Positions 28,086 to 38,337 of a stretch of 64,000 nucleotides of DNA are shown here, piece by piece. Made by a program: the position numbers and the translations under genes. The stretch lies in assembly GCA_965140445.1 (NCBI GenBank), contig OZ223236.1:2112001-2176000 (forward strand). Reading direction: 5' to 3'. The DNA comes from Candidatus Ozemobacteraceae bacterium (GTDB lineage: Bacteria > Muiribacteriota > Ozemobacteria > Ozemobacterales > Ozemobacteraceae). Each line of letters opens with the position of its first letter. Positions within the stretch are counted from its first letter, which is position 1. A model generated the notes under the pieces. It worked only from the letters and a program-made list of their open reading frames with translations. It had not been told where the DNA came from and searched no databases.

Positions 28086-29834
28086 ATGTACAAAAAGTTC
28101 CTGTTGGTATTGGTTTTATCCTTATTCTTTTGCATTGCATTAAATGCAAAGCCTTTTGAAACTGATGGAATCAAAATTTCAGAATTGCCTTCTTTTCAAA
28201 CGAACTCATACTTTGGCTACTCTGAGCAAAGATATTTTGTAAGAAATACTGGCCCATCTGAAAAAGAAATAAAACTTTTTCTCGAGGAAGCTTATAGAGG
28301 AGAGTTGGGCATGGTTTCCCGAAAATTCAAGATTGCCCCTCATGAATCCAAAGTGGTTTCACTTTATTATCCAATTATGGATTTTTCTTCCAATGGGCTT
28401 AAAGTAGAAATAAATGGTATTGCCTATGATAACGACATCACCAAATATATAAGGCATTATCGAAGTAGATATGGGAAGGGTTGCATTCTACTTGATAGTA
28501 AAGTTTCTCGGGCTGAGTTTGAATCAACATTTGGTAATAAAACCAGACACAACTGCCAGCTTTCACAATTTGAGGGAAGCAAAGATGAATTTAGTGATAA
28601 CTGGCTGGCTTACACACCATTTAAGCTTTTGATTTTTTATTCAGATTCTTTTTCTGAACTACCTGAAACGGCCAAATCCGCAATTTTTAAGTATGTAAGA
28701 GCTGGTGGATTTTTAATTTTAATGGGAAATTCGTTTGATTTACCTGACAGCTTTGCTCCTGCAAATAGAAATCCTAAGAAAATGTTTTCAGGTGAAAAAG
28801 GGAATTTCGATCTTAAACTGTATGAATCAGGATTTGGGCGTTGCGGCATAGTAGATGGCAATTTTTTCTCTGTGGCAGACGACAAATCGGCCGAAAAGAT
28901 TTTAGATCTTTCTTCAGATCCATATCCAGAATATCGTGGCTCAGTATCCTTTCCATTGGCATTTTCAGCTGAAGAGCTGAACTTTGTTTCAGTTAAATGG
29001 CTTATGATTGCCATATATGTTTTCGCGATTATTATCGGGCCTGTGAATGTCTATTTGCTTAGCAAGAAAAAGAGAAAGATTTTTGTTTTTGTGACTGTTC
29101 CTATAGCGTCTGTCTGTTGCTGCTTATTTATTCTTAGTTATTATTTCATTTTTGAAAATTCCATTTTAAAAATAAAAAAATGCTCATTTACTCTTTTAGA
29201 TGAAACCAGAAATGAGTCTATTACAGCAGCTTTAAGCTCATTCTTTTCTTCATCTTCAAGGCCGGATGGTCTAAGATTCTCATACAATACAGAAATCCAT
29301 GTTCCTACGGAGAGATATAGGAGAAATAGGGATGATGGCAAGATTATATCTCTGGATGTTGATCAAAAACTAACTTCAGGATGGATAAGACCACGTGTTC
29401 CCCGTTACATTCATTTGCGGAAAATTCAAACCAGACGTGAAAGAGTTGATTTGAGCTTTGAAGATGGAAAACTTTATGCCACAAATGGTTTGGGAGCGAA
29501 AATTACATTTTTTCTGTTCCGTGATAAAAGCGGTAGGTTTTTTGAAGGCCAAAATCTGGCTCCAGGTGCAAGAGTGGCGTTAGAATCAAGTATATACAGA
29601 AGTAGATTTAATAAATCGCCTGCTCAAATTTGGGAAGAAAGCTGGTATTTACAAATTCAATCTTCATTAATCGGCAAACATAGCAAATCAAATCTTGCTG
29701 ATTTTTTGAAAGAAGGAATGTATTTTGCCTCTATTGATGGAAGTCCGTTTTTAAGGAAGCAATTTGACGGTGAGGGGCAAATCGAGGAAGAGTCTTTCGT
29801 GTTAGGTATTAGCAGAAATGGAGGAGAGATATGA
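28086..29834 (+). CDS. Exported/membrane protein of the MoxR-ABC operon
   Basis: Signal peptide, a GATase-like stretch (AI..YVRAGG.LI, G.GR) and two TM helices around IIGPVN..L.KKKR. Confidence 0.65.
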   Translation: MYKKFLLVLVLSLFFCIALNAKPFETDGIKISELPSFQTNSYFGYSEQRYFVRNTGPSEKEIKLFLEEAYRGELGMVSRKFKIAPHESKVVSLYYPIMDFSSNGLKVEINGIAYDNDITKYIRHYRSRYGKGCILLDSKVSRAEFESTFGNKTRHNCQLSQFEGSKDEFSDNWLAYTPFKLLIFYSDSFSELPETAKSAIFKYVRAGGFLILMGNSFDLPDSFAPANRNPKKMFSGEKGNFDLKLYESGFGRCGIVDGNFFSVADDKSAEKILDLSSDPYPEYRGSVSFPLAFSAEELNFVSVKWLMIAIYVFAIIIGPVNVYLLSKKKRKIFVFVTVPIASVCCCLFILSYYFIFENSILKIKKCSFTLLDETRNESITAALSSFFSSSSRPDGLRFSYNTEIHVPTERYRRNRDDGKIISLDVDQKLTSGWIRPRVPRYIHLRKIQTRRERVDLSFEDGKLYATNGLGAKITFFLFRDKSGRFFEGQNLAPGARVALESSIYRSRFNKSPAQIWEESWYLQIQSSLIGKHSKSNLADFLKEGMYFASIDGSPFLRKQFDGEGQIEEESFVLGISRNGGEI

Positions 29835-30760
29835 TTCTCCATGTCAAAGGATTAAAAAAGGTTTTCGGTTTGTTAAACGCTGTTGATGATTTGTCATTTA
29901 ATTTAAAAGGCGGCGATATAGTTGGTTTTGTAGGTCCTAATGGAGCGGGGAAAACCACTACTCTAAGAATGATCTCAACTCTGGATGAGCCTACATCTGG
30001 AGATATTTTGATTGAAGATGAATCAATCATCGAGAAACCTGAGCTTGCAAGGAAATTGATTGGATTTGTTCCTGACTCTCTTCCAGTTCATCAGGATATG
30101 AGTGTTCATGAGTATCTGGACTTTTTTGCCAGGGCTTATGCCATTCCTTTGAGACAAAGGAGTGAAATGATTGATGATCTTGAAGAATTTACCGGACTTC
30201 TGGAATATAGAGAGAGGCTTTTAAGCGCTCTTTCCAAAGGAATGAAGCAAAGGGTAAGTATCGCAAGAGCTTTAATCCATGATCCAAAGTTTCTTCTTAT
30301 GGATGAGCCTGCAGCCGGATTAGATCCTCGTGCAAGAATTCAGTTAAGAGAGCTTTTAAAGGAATTGGCAAAGCAGGGCAAGGGCATCCTGATCAGCTCT
30401 CATATTTTGAGTGAGCTTTCCGAGATATGCAATTCAGCTGTTTTTATTGAGCGCGGAAAGTTGCTCAAATTTGGTTCAATGGATGAAATTACTACTCATA
30501 CAACTTCGGTTAGAAAACTTTTGATCAGGCCAATCGGCCAGGCTGAGGAGTTAATAAAATTTTTGCTGATTTATCCAGGAGTTGAAAACGCCTTGCTGAA
30601 CGGGAAAAATATTGAAATTGATTATTCGGGCAAAGATGAAGATGCCACTGATCTTCTTTGTTTGCTGGTTAAAAAAGAGTTTAGAATTGTAGAATTTAGA
30701 TTTAAACAACAAAATCTGGAATCCGTGTTTATGGATATAACCAAAGGCGAGGTTCAGTAA
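29831..30760 (+). CDS. ABC transporter ATP-binding protein (ABC-2/CcmA-like)
   Basis: Walker A GPNGAGKTT, signature LSKGMKQR, Walker B LLMDEP, H-loop ISSH. Confidence 0.95.
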   Translation: MILHVKGLKKVFGLLNAVDDLSFNLKGGDIVGFVGPNGAGKTTTLRMISTLDEPTSGDILIEDESIIEKPELARKLIGFVPDSLPVHQDMSVHEYLDFFARAYAIPLRQRSEMIDDLEEFTGLLEYRERLLSALSKGMKQRVSIARALIHDPKFLLMDEPAAGLDPRARIQLRELLKELAKQGKGILISSHILSELSEICNSAVFIERGKLLKFGSMDEITTHTTSVRKLLIRPIGQAEELIKFLLIYPGVENALLNGKNIEIDYSGKDEDATDLLCLLVKKEFRIVEFRFKQQNLESVFMDITKGEVQ

Positions 30761-30761
30761 A

Positions 30762-32240
30762 ATGCTTAATAAAATAATAGAAAAAATAGATAGTTTAATT
30801 AATCCTATTATTGTTAAAGAACTTCGCCAAATGGTAAGAGGAAAATTTTTCTGGGCAAATCTTATCCTGTTTTTATTATTTCAATGCGGTGTATTAAGCT
30901 TATCATTAGCCGATAATAGAAATTTTCAATACAGCAATGGGGCAGAAACTCTTACTTTTCTTTTTGGAATTTTGTTTCTTGTTTGTTACGCCATAATTCC
31001 CTTAAATGCAGGCTTTAGGTTTGCCAGAGAGCGAACGGGCAGGGGGGATGAACTTTTATATATTACTACAATAACCCCGCACTCCATTATTCAGGGAAAA
31101 TTTCTTGCGACTATGGCGGTTATTAGCCTTATTGTAAGCTCATTTGCACCATTCATGGGAATAACTTTCTTTCTTAGTGGTGTGGATCTCCCTTTAACGT
31201 TTTTTGCACTTGCCATCGGGATTTTGATTTGTGCATCTGCAACTATGCTTCAAATTTGTTTAGGGAGCTTAGCAAGAGACTCCAATGCGTTTAATGTATT
31301 TCGCGGTCTGGGAATCTTTTTCACCGTTTCAACCTTTTTCGGGGTTATGGGGGCAATATCCGACACTCTTAGATATGGCGCTTCAAGGACTTTTGGGACA
31401 AGCCATTTTTATGTGTCAGTAGCTGTATTTGTTTTCTTTGTCGGCCTGGGAAACTATTTTTTATATCTGGCTTCTGCAGCAGTAATATCGCCTTCAGGAG
31501 TTAACCGTATGTATCCAGTCAGAAGGTTTTTAACTCTTAGCTGGATAGTAAGCTTCCTGGTATGTGTTTTTTATTCTAATTATGCACATGCAAGGGAAGT
31601 GGTTGCGGCCTGGGGATACTTATATCTGATGATTTTTTCTGCTTACTATTTTGTGGCTGTCAGTGAAAGAGAAAAGCTAAGCTTGAGGGTTGCCAAAGAA
31701 CTTCCCGAAGGCAGGATTAAGAGAATATGGGCTTTTCTCTTTTTCAGTGGTTCTGCTGGTGGAATTGCATGGGCTTTGTTAATGCAGATTCTTACAATTG
31801 TTGCTGTTTTCGGTGGAGAATTGTCTGGTGTTTTTGCAAAGTTTCTTTACTCAAGCTGGGCCGAAGAATTTTTAAAGTTTGCACTTTCGGTAATGCTGTA
31901 TGGTTTGGCATACAACCTTATTGCAAGCTTCATTCAGAGACATTTTTTGAGAGATTATATCTCAATTCGAAGCACATGGGTGATATCTCTTATTATTGGT
32001 GCTATCTTTTGTATTTCACCAATTTTTCTTGGTTTCTTTTTTGGCTTCAGGGACGAGTATTTTGTGCTTGGTAGTCCATTATCTATGGCATCCAGGAAAT
32101 TGTGGCCGGTTGGGGTCGTTATTGCCTCTATTTCATCTTTTTTAGCTTTAACAATTAATTTCCCCTGGCTCTTTGGCCAATATAAGGAAATTCAGGCTTT
32201 TGTAAGTCCTATTGCCAGGAAAGAAATGGATAATGAATAG
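30762..32240 (+). CDS. ABC-2-type permease-like membrane protein
   Basis: NPIIVKELRQ.VR and ER.....ELL..T.I....II.GK motifs; roughly a dozen TM segments. Confidence 0.8.
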   Translation: MLNKIIEKIDSLINPIIVKELRQMVRGKFFWANLILFLLFQCGVLSLSLADNRNFQYSNGAETLTFLFGILFLVCYAIIPLNAGFRFARERTGRGDELLYITTITPHSIIQGKFLATMAVISLIVSSFAPFMGITFFLSGVDLPLTFFALAIGILICASATMLQICLGSLARDSNAFNVFRGLGIFFTVSTFFGVMGAISDTLRYGASRTFGTSHFYVSVAVFVFFVGLGNYFLYLASAAVISPSGVNRMYPVRRFLTLSWIVSFLVCVFYSNYAHAREVVAAWGYLYLMIFSAYYFVAVSEREKLSLRVAKELPEGRIKRIWAFLFFSGSAGGIAWALLMQILTIVAVFGGELSGVFAKFLYSSWAEEFLKFALSVMLYGLAYNLIASFIQRHFLRDYISIRSTWVISLIIGAIFCISPIFLGFFFGFRDEYFVLGSPLSMASRKLWPVGVVIASISSFLALTINFPWLFGQYKEIQAFVSPIARKEMDNE

Positions 32241-33108
32241 TAATCTGAACAAAATTATTGAAAAAGCCGAGTTGGTCGGACAGAGATATCTGTTAAACAT
32301 TTCTTCAAGGTTTTCTTCTGGTACTGCTGGGCATAAGTTTGGTAGAAATACCGGCAATTCGCTTGAGTATCTGGATCATAGGGAATATCAACCAGGAGAT
32401 GATATTCGTCACATCGACTGGCATGCTCTTGCAAGGTCTGATAAGCTGACGGTCAAATTATTCAGAGAAGAAATCACTCCTCATCTTGATTTGATCCTCG
32501 ATTGCTCTGCATCAATGGGACTTGAAAATACTGAAAAAGAAGATGGTTTCTGGGCAATGACAGCTGTTATAAAAGCCGCAGCTGCAAATTCATCTTTTTC
32601 TTTCAAGCCCTGGATCTTAAAAAAACAATGTTCTCCTATGGAGCCAGCGGGCTTACCAATAAAGCACTGGGAGAATTGTGAGCTGGATTTTCTGGGTAAC
32701 TCATGGGAGTCACTAAATAGAATGCCTCCAAAATTTAAAAATAAAGGAGTCAGGATACTGGTTAGCGATCTGCTCTGGGAAGCTGAGCCAATGAGCGTAT
32801 TACAGCAGCTTTCAGATGGTTGCTCGCTATTAATAGTAATTCATTTCCTGTCTATATTTGATGTTTCTCCTGAAATATCTGGAAACCAACGCTTAATAGA
32901 TAGTGAAACTGGTGATTATATTGATTTAATGGTCAATGAAGAGGTTTTAAGAACTTATAGACAGAACTTTTCCAGGCATCAGGAATATTGGAAAAGATGC
33001 TGTACTAAAACAGGAGCGGTATATTCTTTATGTCTGGCAGAAGAATTTCTAAGAGATTTTATGCCTGAGGATCTTTTAAGAAGCGAAATCCTCATGGTCA
33101 GGAGCTAG
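32233..33108 (+). CDS. DUF58 domain protein (VWA-like MoxR partner)
   Basis: G.SLEY.DHREYQPGDDIRHIDW...ARSD...VK and LDCSASM motifs. Start likely ATG 32233. Confidence 0.9.
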   Translation: MNSNLNKIIEKAELVGQRYLLNISSRFSSGTAGHKFGRNTGNSLEYLDHREYQPGDDIRHIDWHALARSDKLTVKLFREEITPHLDLILDCSASMGLENTEKEDGFWAMTAVIKAAAANSSFSFKPWILKKQCSPMEPAGLPIKHWENCELDFLGNSWESLNRMPPKFKNKGVRILVSDLLWEAEPMSVLQQLSDGCSLLIVIHFLSIFDVSPEISGNQRLIDSETGDYIDLMVNEEVLRTYRQNFSRHQEYWKRCCTKTGAVYSLCLAEEFLRDFMPEDLLRSEILMVRS

Positions 33109-33110
33109 TT

Positions 33111-34862
33111 ATGCTACCCACCTTTGTAAATCCATTAGCCTTTTGGGGGTTTCTGTCACTAATAGCGGTGGCAGGGATTTACTTCTTCAGGAACAGGGTA
33201 AAGGAAGTAAAAGTTTCTTCTCTGATGCTTTGGCACAATAAAAGCAATCTTGCAGAAGGTGGGAAGGTTTTGGATAAGATCAAACTTCCACTTTTGCTAA
33301 TAATTGAACTGATTATCTTTGCCTTATTGCTCCTGGCAGCTGCGAGCCCAAGATTAATACTTGGGGACAGCGTGATACCAATGGTATTGATACTTGATAA
33401 TTCAATTTCAATGACCGCCCCAGCTGAGGCTTCCCCACAAAGCCAGGCGCTGGAGTTTCTAAAAAAACAGATTTTCTTAAAAGACTATTACAGGATTAGT
33501 ATACTTAAAGCTGGTATTTCCTCTGAATTCGTTGGCAGAAGGGGAATGGCTCCTGCGGAAGCATGGCAATATCTGCAGCATTGGAAATGCAATTCACCAA
33601 CAGCTGATTTAAATCTAGCCATAAAAACCACGTCCGAAAATTTTCCCGGAAAGGTCAAAACGCTGGTTGTTACGGATCAACCTTCTCAGATTTCACTATC
33701 TGATAGTATTAACTGGCTTCATTTTGGAGCAACAGTGAAAAACCTGGCTATTACTGCTGCAAATAGATATTCTCTGGGAAAATTAGATCGTTGCTACCTT
33801 GAGTTTTCTAACTTTTCAAATGATTCGGAGCATTTAAAAGCGGTTATTGGTGACTTAGCCACCGGAAAAATTATTCAAAATATTGATGAACAGATTGGTT
33901 CAAAATCATTCAGGCGAATTAGATTTTCTATTCCAAAAGACTTTAGTGTTTTTGCCAGGATCGAAAATGACAAAGTGTCGTTTGACAATGAGGTTTTTCT
34001 TCTGGCAAATCTCAGTAGAAAAGTAAGCTATTCAATAAAATCGGGCTCTGAATATTTAAAGGCTATACTCGAAAGAACTCTAAGCCAGATAGATTTTGCG
34101 GAAAAGGTTGAAAAATCGGCCGATATCGTTTTTACACAGGATGAGCTACTGGATATGGATCACGGATGGAATTTGGTTTTTCATACCGCTTCTCAACCCT
34201 GGTTATTTAATTCTGAAATCGCAGCCAGGAAAAACCATTTTTTAGCTGATGGCTTGAGTTTTGATAAATCTTTCTGGGCTATTTCTGCAAACGCCTCGAT
34301 GTCTGGTTCACCAATTATTAATGCGGGCCAAAATATTTTGCTGTCAATTGAGGGGGCACCAGAAAGGTCGCAAACTATTCATTTTAATTACTGTGCAGAG
34401 TATTCAGACCTTCACAATACCTATTCATGGCCAATTCTATTTTGGAATCTATTCGACTGGAAGTTAAAATATTCTGATGGTCCTTCAACTCAAAATGCTA
34501 AAGCTGGAATGGGTGTTAAAGTTAAATTGAGTTCATCGGTTCCAAATGTTGTTTTAATTAAGCCCGATGGACAAAAGGAAAAGCTGGAATTCTGGGGACA
34601 GGAAGCTGAATTTGAGCCTGAATTGAGTGGATTGTATCAAGTAGTTACAGAAAATAGCTCATGGACTATTGCAGCAAATTTAACAGATGCAATAGAATCA
34701 AATTTTCTTCACAGAACTCATGATAAGGCAAATTCAAGTCTTTCTACTGATGAATTCATCAAAGAATCTGCAGATGTCAGATGGTGGTTCCTTCTCCCGG
34801 CAATTTTCTTTTTCTTTATCCACCAGTGGTTGCTTTCCAGAAGGAGAATTGCTTATGCTTAG
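33111..34862 (+). CDS. BatA N-terminal domain + VWA domain membrane protein
   Basis: F.NP....G........Y......VSSLMLW BatA-type N terminus, MIDAS DNSISM and a C-terminal TM (W.....RR). Confidence 0.8.
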   Translation: MLPTFVNPLAFWGFLSLIAVAGIYFFRNRVKEVKVSSLMLWHNKSNLAEGGKVLDKIKLPLLLIIELIIFALLLLAAASPRLILGDSVIPMVLILDNSISMTAPAEASPQSQALEFLKKQIFLKDYYRISILKAGISSEFVGRRGMAPAEAWQYLQHWKCNSPTADLNLAIKTTSENFPGKVKTLVVTDQPSQISLSDSINWLHFGATVKNLAITAANRYSLGKLDRCYLEFSNFSNDSEHLKAVIGDLATGKIIQNIDEQIGSKSFRRIRFSIPKDFSVFARIENDKVSFDNEVFLLANLSRKVSYSIKSGSEYLKAILERTLSQIDFAEKVEKSADIVFTQDELLDMDHGWNLVFHTASQPWLFNSEIAARKNHFLADGLSFDKSFWAISANASMSGSPIINAGQNILLSIEGAPERSQTIHFNYCAEYSDLHNTYSWPILFWNLFDWKLKYSDGPSTQNAKAGMGVKVKLSSSVPNVVLIKPDGQKEKLEFWGQEAEFEPELSGLYQVVTENSSWTIAANLTDAIESNFLHRTHDKANSSLSTDEFIKESADVRWWFLLPAIFFFFIHQWLLSRRRIAYA

Positions 34863-37641
34863 TAATTCCCAATGGCTTTTACTTTTTATTCCGGCAATTA
34901 TTCTTCTGATTAAGCTTGGAATGCCATCTCGACTATTATTTAGAATTCGTTTTGCAATAATAATTTCATTAGGATTGGCTCTTTGTGCCCCGGGAATTCA
35001 ACTTCCTGGTAATGATGGCATCCTGGTTGTAGTAGCTGATAGAAGCCTTTCAATGCCTGAGGATTCTGACAAAAGGATTTCAGAAGTTATGGAAATACTT
35101 TCAAATAGTATTTCAGATTCAGGCAAAATTGGACTTGTGACTTTCGGAGCAGAAGCAATGATTGAGTCGCAACCATCAAAAGCAACCTTTTCAGGTTTCT
35201 CATCAGACCTTGATAAAAGTGCATCCAATTTGAATGAAGCACTTAAAAAGGCTATTGCAATGATTCCCACTTCTTCTTCAGGAAGAATCGTACTTTTATC
35301 TGATGGAAAATGGACAGGCGTAGATCCTGAAAAAACTGCTTTTAAAGCTGCAAAACGTGGGATTCCAATTGATTACCGTTTCTTATCAAGAAACCACTTT
35401 AAGGACTTGGCTATTACCTCTTTTGACGTGCCAGGTCAGGTTGAACCCGGCGAATCTTTTCTTGTTAGTGCTAGCATTTATTCTCCAGGTGATCGTGAGG
35501 TTGAACTTACTTTTTCAGATTCAAAAAGAATCTTGTCTAAAAGAAAAATTAACCTTATAAAAGGCGAGAATTATATTTCTTTCCAAAACACGGCTGCAGA
35601 AAATGGAGTGCAGAAGCTTGAACTTTCAGTTTCCTCAAGTGTAAAAGATCCCGTTCCTGAAAATAATCGGGCTTTTGCATTAACTGAAGTTAATGGTATA
35701 AAGCCGATTCTCATACTTTCCGAAAAAGAAAAGCCTGCATTGCTTAAGCTTCTAATGGGGGCTGGAATCAAGACTGTCGCAAAAATGCCCCATGAAATTT
35801 CATGGAATTTGGAAACTCTTGCCGGATATTCTGCTGTAGTTATTGAAAATGTTTCAGCAAATCGTGTAACTCAGCATGGAATGAGAGTATTGGCGGCCTG
35901 GGTTAAGCATTTAGGCGGAGGGCTATTTTTAAGTGGCGGGAAGAATTCTTTTGGCCCTGGTGGTTACTACCAGTCTCCTATCGAAGAAGTTTTACCCGTA
36001 ACAATGGAGCTCAGAAATGAGCATCGGAAATTGTCTTTAGCCATAGTAATAGTTTTGGATAGATCTGGTAGCATGGCTGCGCCAACAGCTGGAGCCAGAA
36101 CCAAAATGGATCTGGCGAATATAGGTGCTGCCAGCTCACTTGACCTTCTTTCCCCCATGGATGAATTTGGCTGTCTTGCAGTCGATAGTGAAGCACATGT
36201 TATTTGCAATCTGGAGCCAATTGGGCAGAATAAACAAGCGATCAGAGGCGAGGTAATAAGTATTGAATCCTCTGGCGGCGGAATTTTTGTTTTTGAAGGA
36301 ATAAGTAAAGCCGCTGAAATGCTTAGTAGAGCTGCTGCCAAGACTAGGCATATGGTTTTGTTTGCGGATGCCTCTGATGCAGAGCAACCCGGTCGTTATT
36401 GGGAGCTTCTGGAAAAGTGCTCCAAGGTTGGTATTACATGCAGTGTAATAGGCCTTGGAACTGAACATGATAGTGACGCAGGCTTGCTTAAAAAGATAGC
36501 AAAGCACGGTAATGGAAGAATCTTTTTTACCAGAGACCCTGCTGAGCTTCCCAGATTGTTTACTCAAGACACCTTTGTTGCAGCCAAAAGCTCATTCATT
36601 GAAGAAAAAATTTCAATAAATGGGACTAATGGCTTAAATAATCTTATCGGATTTAGCCAACAAATATCCGGATCTATCGATGGATACAACCTCTGCTATC
36701 TTCGCCCAGAAGCAATGTTAGGGGTGAAAACTGGAGATGAAAATAATGCTCCCATTATTGCTGCTTGGCAATGTGGCTTGGGTAGGGTAGCTGCTTATAT
36801 GGGCGAGTTAGATGGGAAGTTTTCCGGCGATTTTGTTAAATCTTCTGAAGCAGCTGGCGTTTTTACCGCTATTTCTAACTGGTTGAGAGCAGATAAGAGA
36901 CAGGAACTTGATCAAATGCTCGTAACTCAGAAGGTGGTGAGAGGGCAGTGGGAGGCAACTTTACATCTTGATCCAGAGCGAGAAAAAGAACCATTCAAAT
37001 CTACTCCTCAGATTATTGTTTTAAGATCAATTTCCAGTAAGGCCCCGGAAAAATTTGTTCAAAACCTGACCTGGAAAACCGCAGATAGTTTAGGAGTTGA
37101 GTCACTTCTTACCAGCGATGAAACAATTATTTCTGCCATAAAGTTTGAAGATGGGAGAAAAATCAGACTTTCGCCTATTAGATTGCCATATTCTCAGGAG
37201 TATGCACTTAGCGAACCGGGAACCGGCGAAGAGAAGCTTAAAGAAATTTCAGAAATCACATCTGGAATTGAAATTGTTGATTTACACTCTGTTTGGGATA
37301 AGTTGCCCAGAGTTTTGCAGTTTAGGGATCTTACCAATCTATTTATTTATATGGCTTTGCTTATGTTTTTTATCGAGATCCTGGAGAGGAGAATGAATAT
37401 TGCTTCTTCTTTGTTTCCGAAAAGAAAAGGTGCAGTTAACAAAAGTGACAACCAGGTTTTGAGGGCAGTAAAAAGCGAAGGGAAGCCGGGTTCAGGTATG
37501 AAAACCTTTGATGATGACAATAACATTGAACAAAAAGAAATAAAAGGTGCTTTTGCTAGAGAAAGCACTCAGAAAGAAAGTTTCTCCAGCGCATTAAAAA
37601 AGGCTAGAAAGAGCGCTGAAAAAAGAACAAGAAATAAATAG
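34855..37641 (+). CDS. Double VWA / glutamine-amidotransferase-like domain membrane protein
   Basis: Start ATG 34855 after AAGGAG. Two MIDAS motifs (DRSLSM, DRSGSM), D..PENN Ig-like end, GGGLFLSGG.NSFGPGGY..SPIE..LPV, WQ.GLGR and a C-terminal TM. Confidence 0.85.
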   Translation: MLSNSQWLLLFIPAIILLIKLGMPSRLLFRIRFAIIISLGLALCAPGIQLPGNDGILVVVADRSLSMPEDSDKRISEVMEILSNSISDSGKIGLVTFGAEAMIESQPSKATFSGFSSDLDKSASNLNEALKKAIAMIPTSSSGRIVLLSDGKWTGVDPEKTAFKAAKRGIPIDYRFLSRNHFKDLAITSFDVPGQVEPGESFLVSASIYSPGDREVELTFSDSKRILSKRKINLIKGENYISFQNTAAENGVQKLELSVSSSVKDPVPENNRAFALTEVNGIKPILILSEKEKPALLKLLMGAGIKTVAKMPHEISWNLETLAGYSAVVIENVSANRVTQHGMRVLAAWVKHLGGGLFLSGGKNSFGPGGYYQSPIEEVLPVTMELRNEHRKLSLAIVIVLDRSGSMAAPTAGARTKMDLANIGAASSLDLLSPMDEFGCLAVDSEAHVICNLEPIGQNKQAIRGEVISIESSGGGIFVFEGISKAAEMLSRAAAKTRHMVLFADASDAEQPGRYWELLEKCSKVGITCSVIGLGTEHDSDAGLLKKIAKHGNGRIFFTRDPAELPRLFTQDTFVAAKSSFIEEKISINGTNGLNNLIGFSQQISGSIDGYNLCYLRPEAMLGVKTGDENNAPIIAAWQCGLGRVAAYMGELDGKFSGDFVKSSEAAGVFTAISNWLRADKRQELDQMLVTQKVVRGQWEATLHLDPEREKEPFKSTPQIIVLRSISSKAPEKFVQNLTWKTADSLGVESLLTSDETIISAIKFEDGRKIRLSPIRLPYSQEYALSEPGTGEEKLKEISEITSGIEIVDLHSVWDKLPRVLQFRDLTNLFIYMALLMFFIEILERRMNIASSLFPKRKGAVNKSDNQVLRAVKSEGKPGSGMKTFDDDNNIEQKEIKGAFARESTQKESFSSALKKARKSAEKRTRNK

Positions 37642-37642
37642 C

Positions 37643-38140
37643 CTATCTATAAAAATCAATCCATTTAAATGAAACTTCTGAGCCCAGATATTGGGAAACG
37701 GTTGGGGGAATGACTATTTCAAAATAATCAGGTTGCATTGATTTTCTAATTTTTAGCCAAAATGCACTTTCATTGGAGATTGAAATCCAACCATTTGGAT
37801 TGGTTTTCAGGGAAAATTCTTGAAAGACCTCTCCTGTTGATGAATTTACAGAAATCCTATGAGAGAATCTTCTTCCGGAAATTATGAACTTTTCAAGGCC
37901 TTTTAGATTGAGTTTTATTCCAAATCTGGTTTTACCAGAATTATATGGAAACACCATTCTTGCTGAACCAATACCGGTTTTTGAGGAAATTTCAATTATT
38001 GGGAAACTGTAGCCTTCAATGGTTTCCAGCCTTAAAACCTTTACTGTTGAAGCCCAACCTTGTGACGTCAACATTTGTATGAAGGTAAGAATTAAAGCAG
38101 AAAAAAGAAGAAATGAGTTTGTTTTTGAGAAAAATTTCAT
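37643..38140 (-). CDS. Hypothetical exported protein
   Basis: Signal peptide (MKFFSK...GWA). ATG 38140 lies 6 nt after a TATAAT box. Confidence 0.6.
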   Translation of the reverse strand: MKFFSKTNSFLLFSALILTFIQMLTSQGWASTVKVLRLETIEGYSFPIIEISSKTGIGSARMVFPYNSGKTRFGIKLNLKGLEKFIISGRRFSHRISVNSSTGEVFQEFSLKTNPNGWISISNESAFWLKIRKSMQPDYFEIVIPPTVSQYLGSEVSFKWIDFYR

Positions 38141-38175
38141 AAAAAAATTATACAACTTAAAATAGTAAAATGGCT

Positions 38176-38205
38176 AAAAAAAAAGCAGGCCTCCAGGAAG
38201 AGGCC
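38176..38205 (-). terminator. Intrinsic terminator
   Basis: Minus strand GGCCTC-ttcctg-GAGGCC-tgc-T9. Confidence 0.7.
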
Positions 38206-38264
38206 CTCGAATTATTGGGTTAGAAGGGACTATGTATGAGAGGTTCGAAATTCTCACACATACA
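38176..38264 (-). ncRNA. Candidate ~90-nt small RNA
   Basis: ECF-like promoter TGTTAC-N16-CGTA upstream, an 11-bp 5' stem with a G-U pair only on the minus strand, a C/U-rich linker, then the terminator. Confidence 0.4.
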
Positions 38265-38337
38265 CGACAAATACGGGGAAGTTTTAAAAAGGTAACAAAA
38301 AAAAACTATTTTTTTTTGCAAACATTATAAAAGAAAA

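Noticed and set aside
34720..34854. Longer start for the double-VWA gene
   Set aside because: It overlaps the upstream gene by more than 140 nt, whereas ATG 34855 has an AAGGAG RBS.
38238..38256. GGTTCGAAA resembling a tRNA T-loop
   Set aside because: No acceptor, D or anticodon arms can be built around it. It is the loop of the minus-strand hairpin reported as a candidate sRNA.
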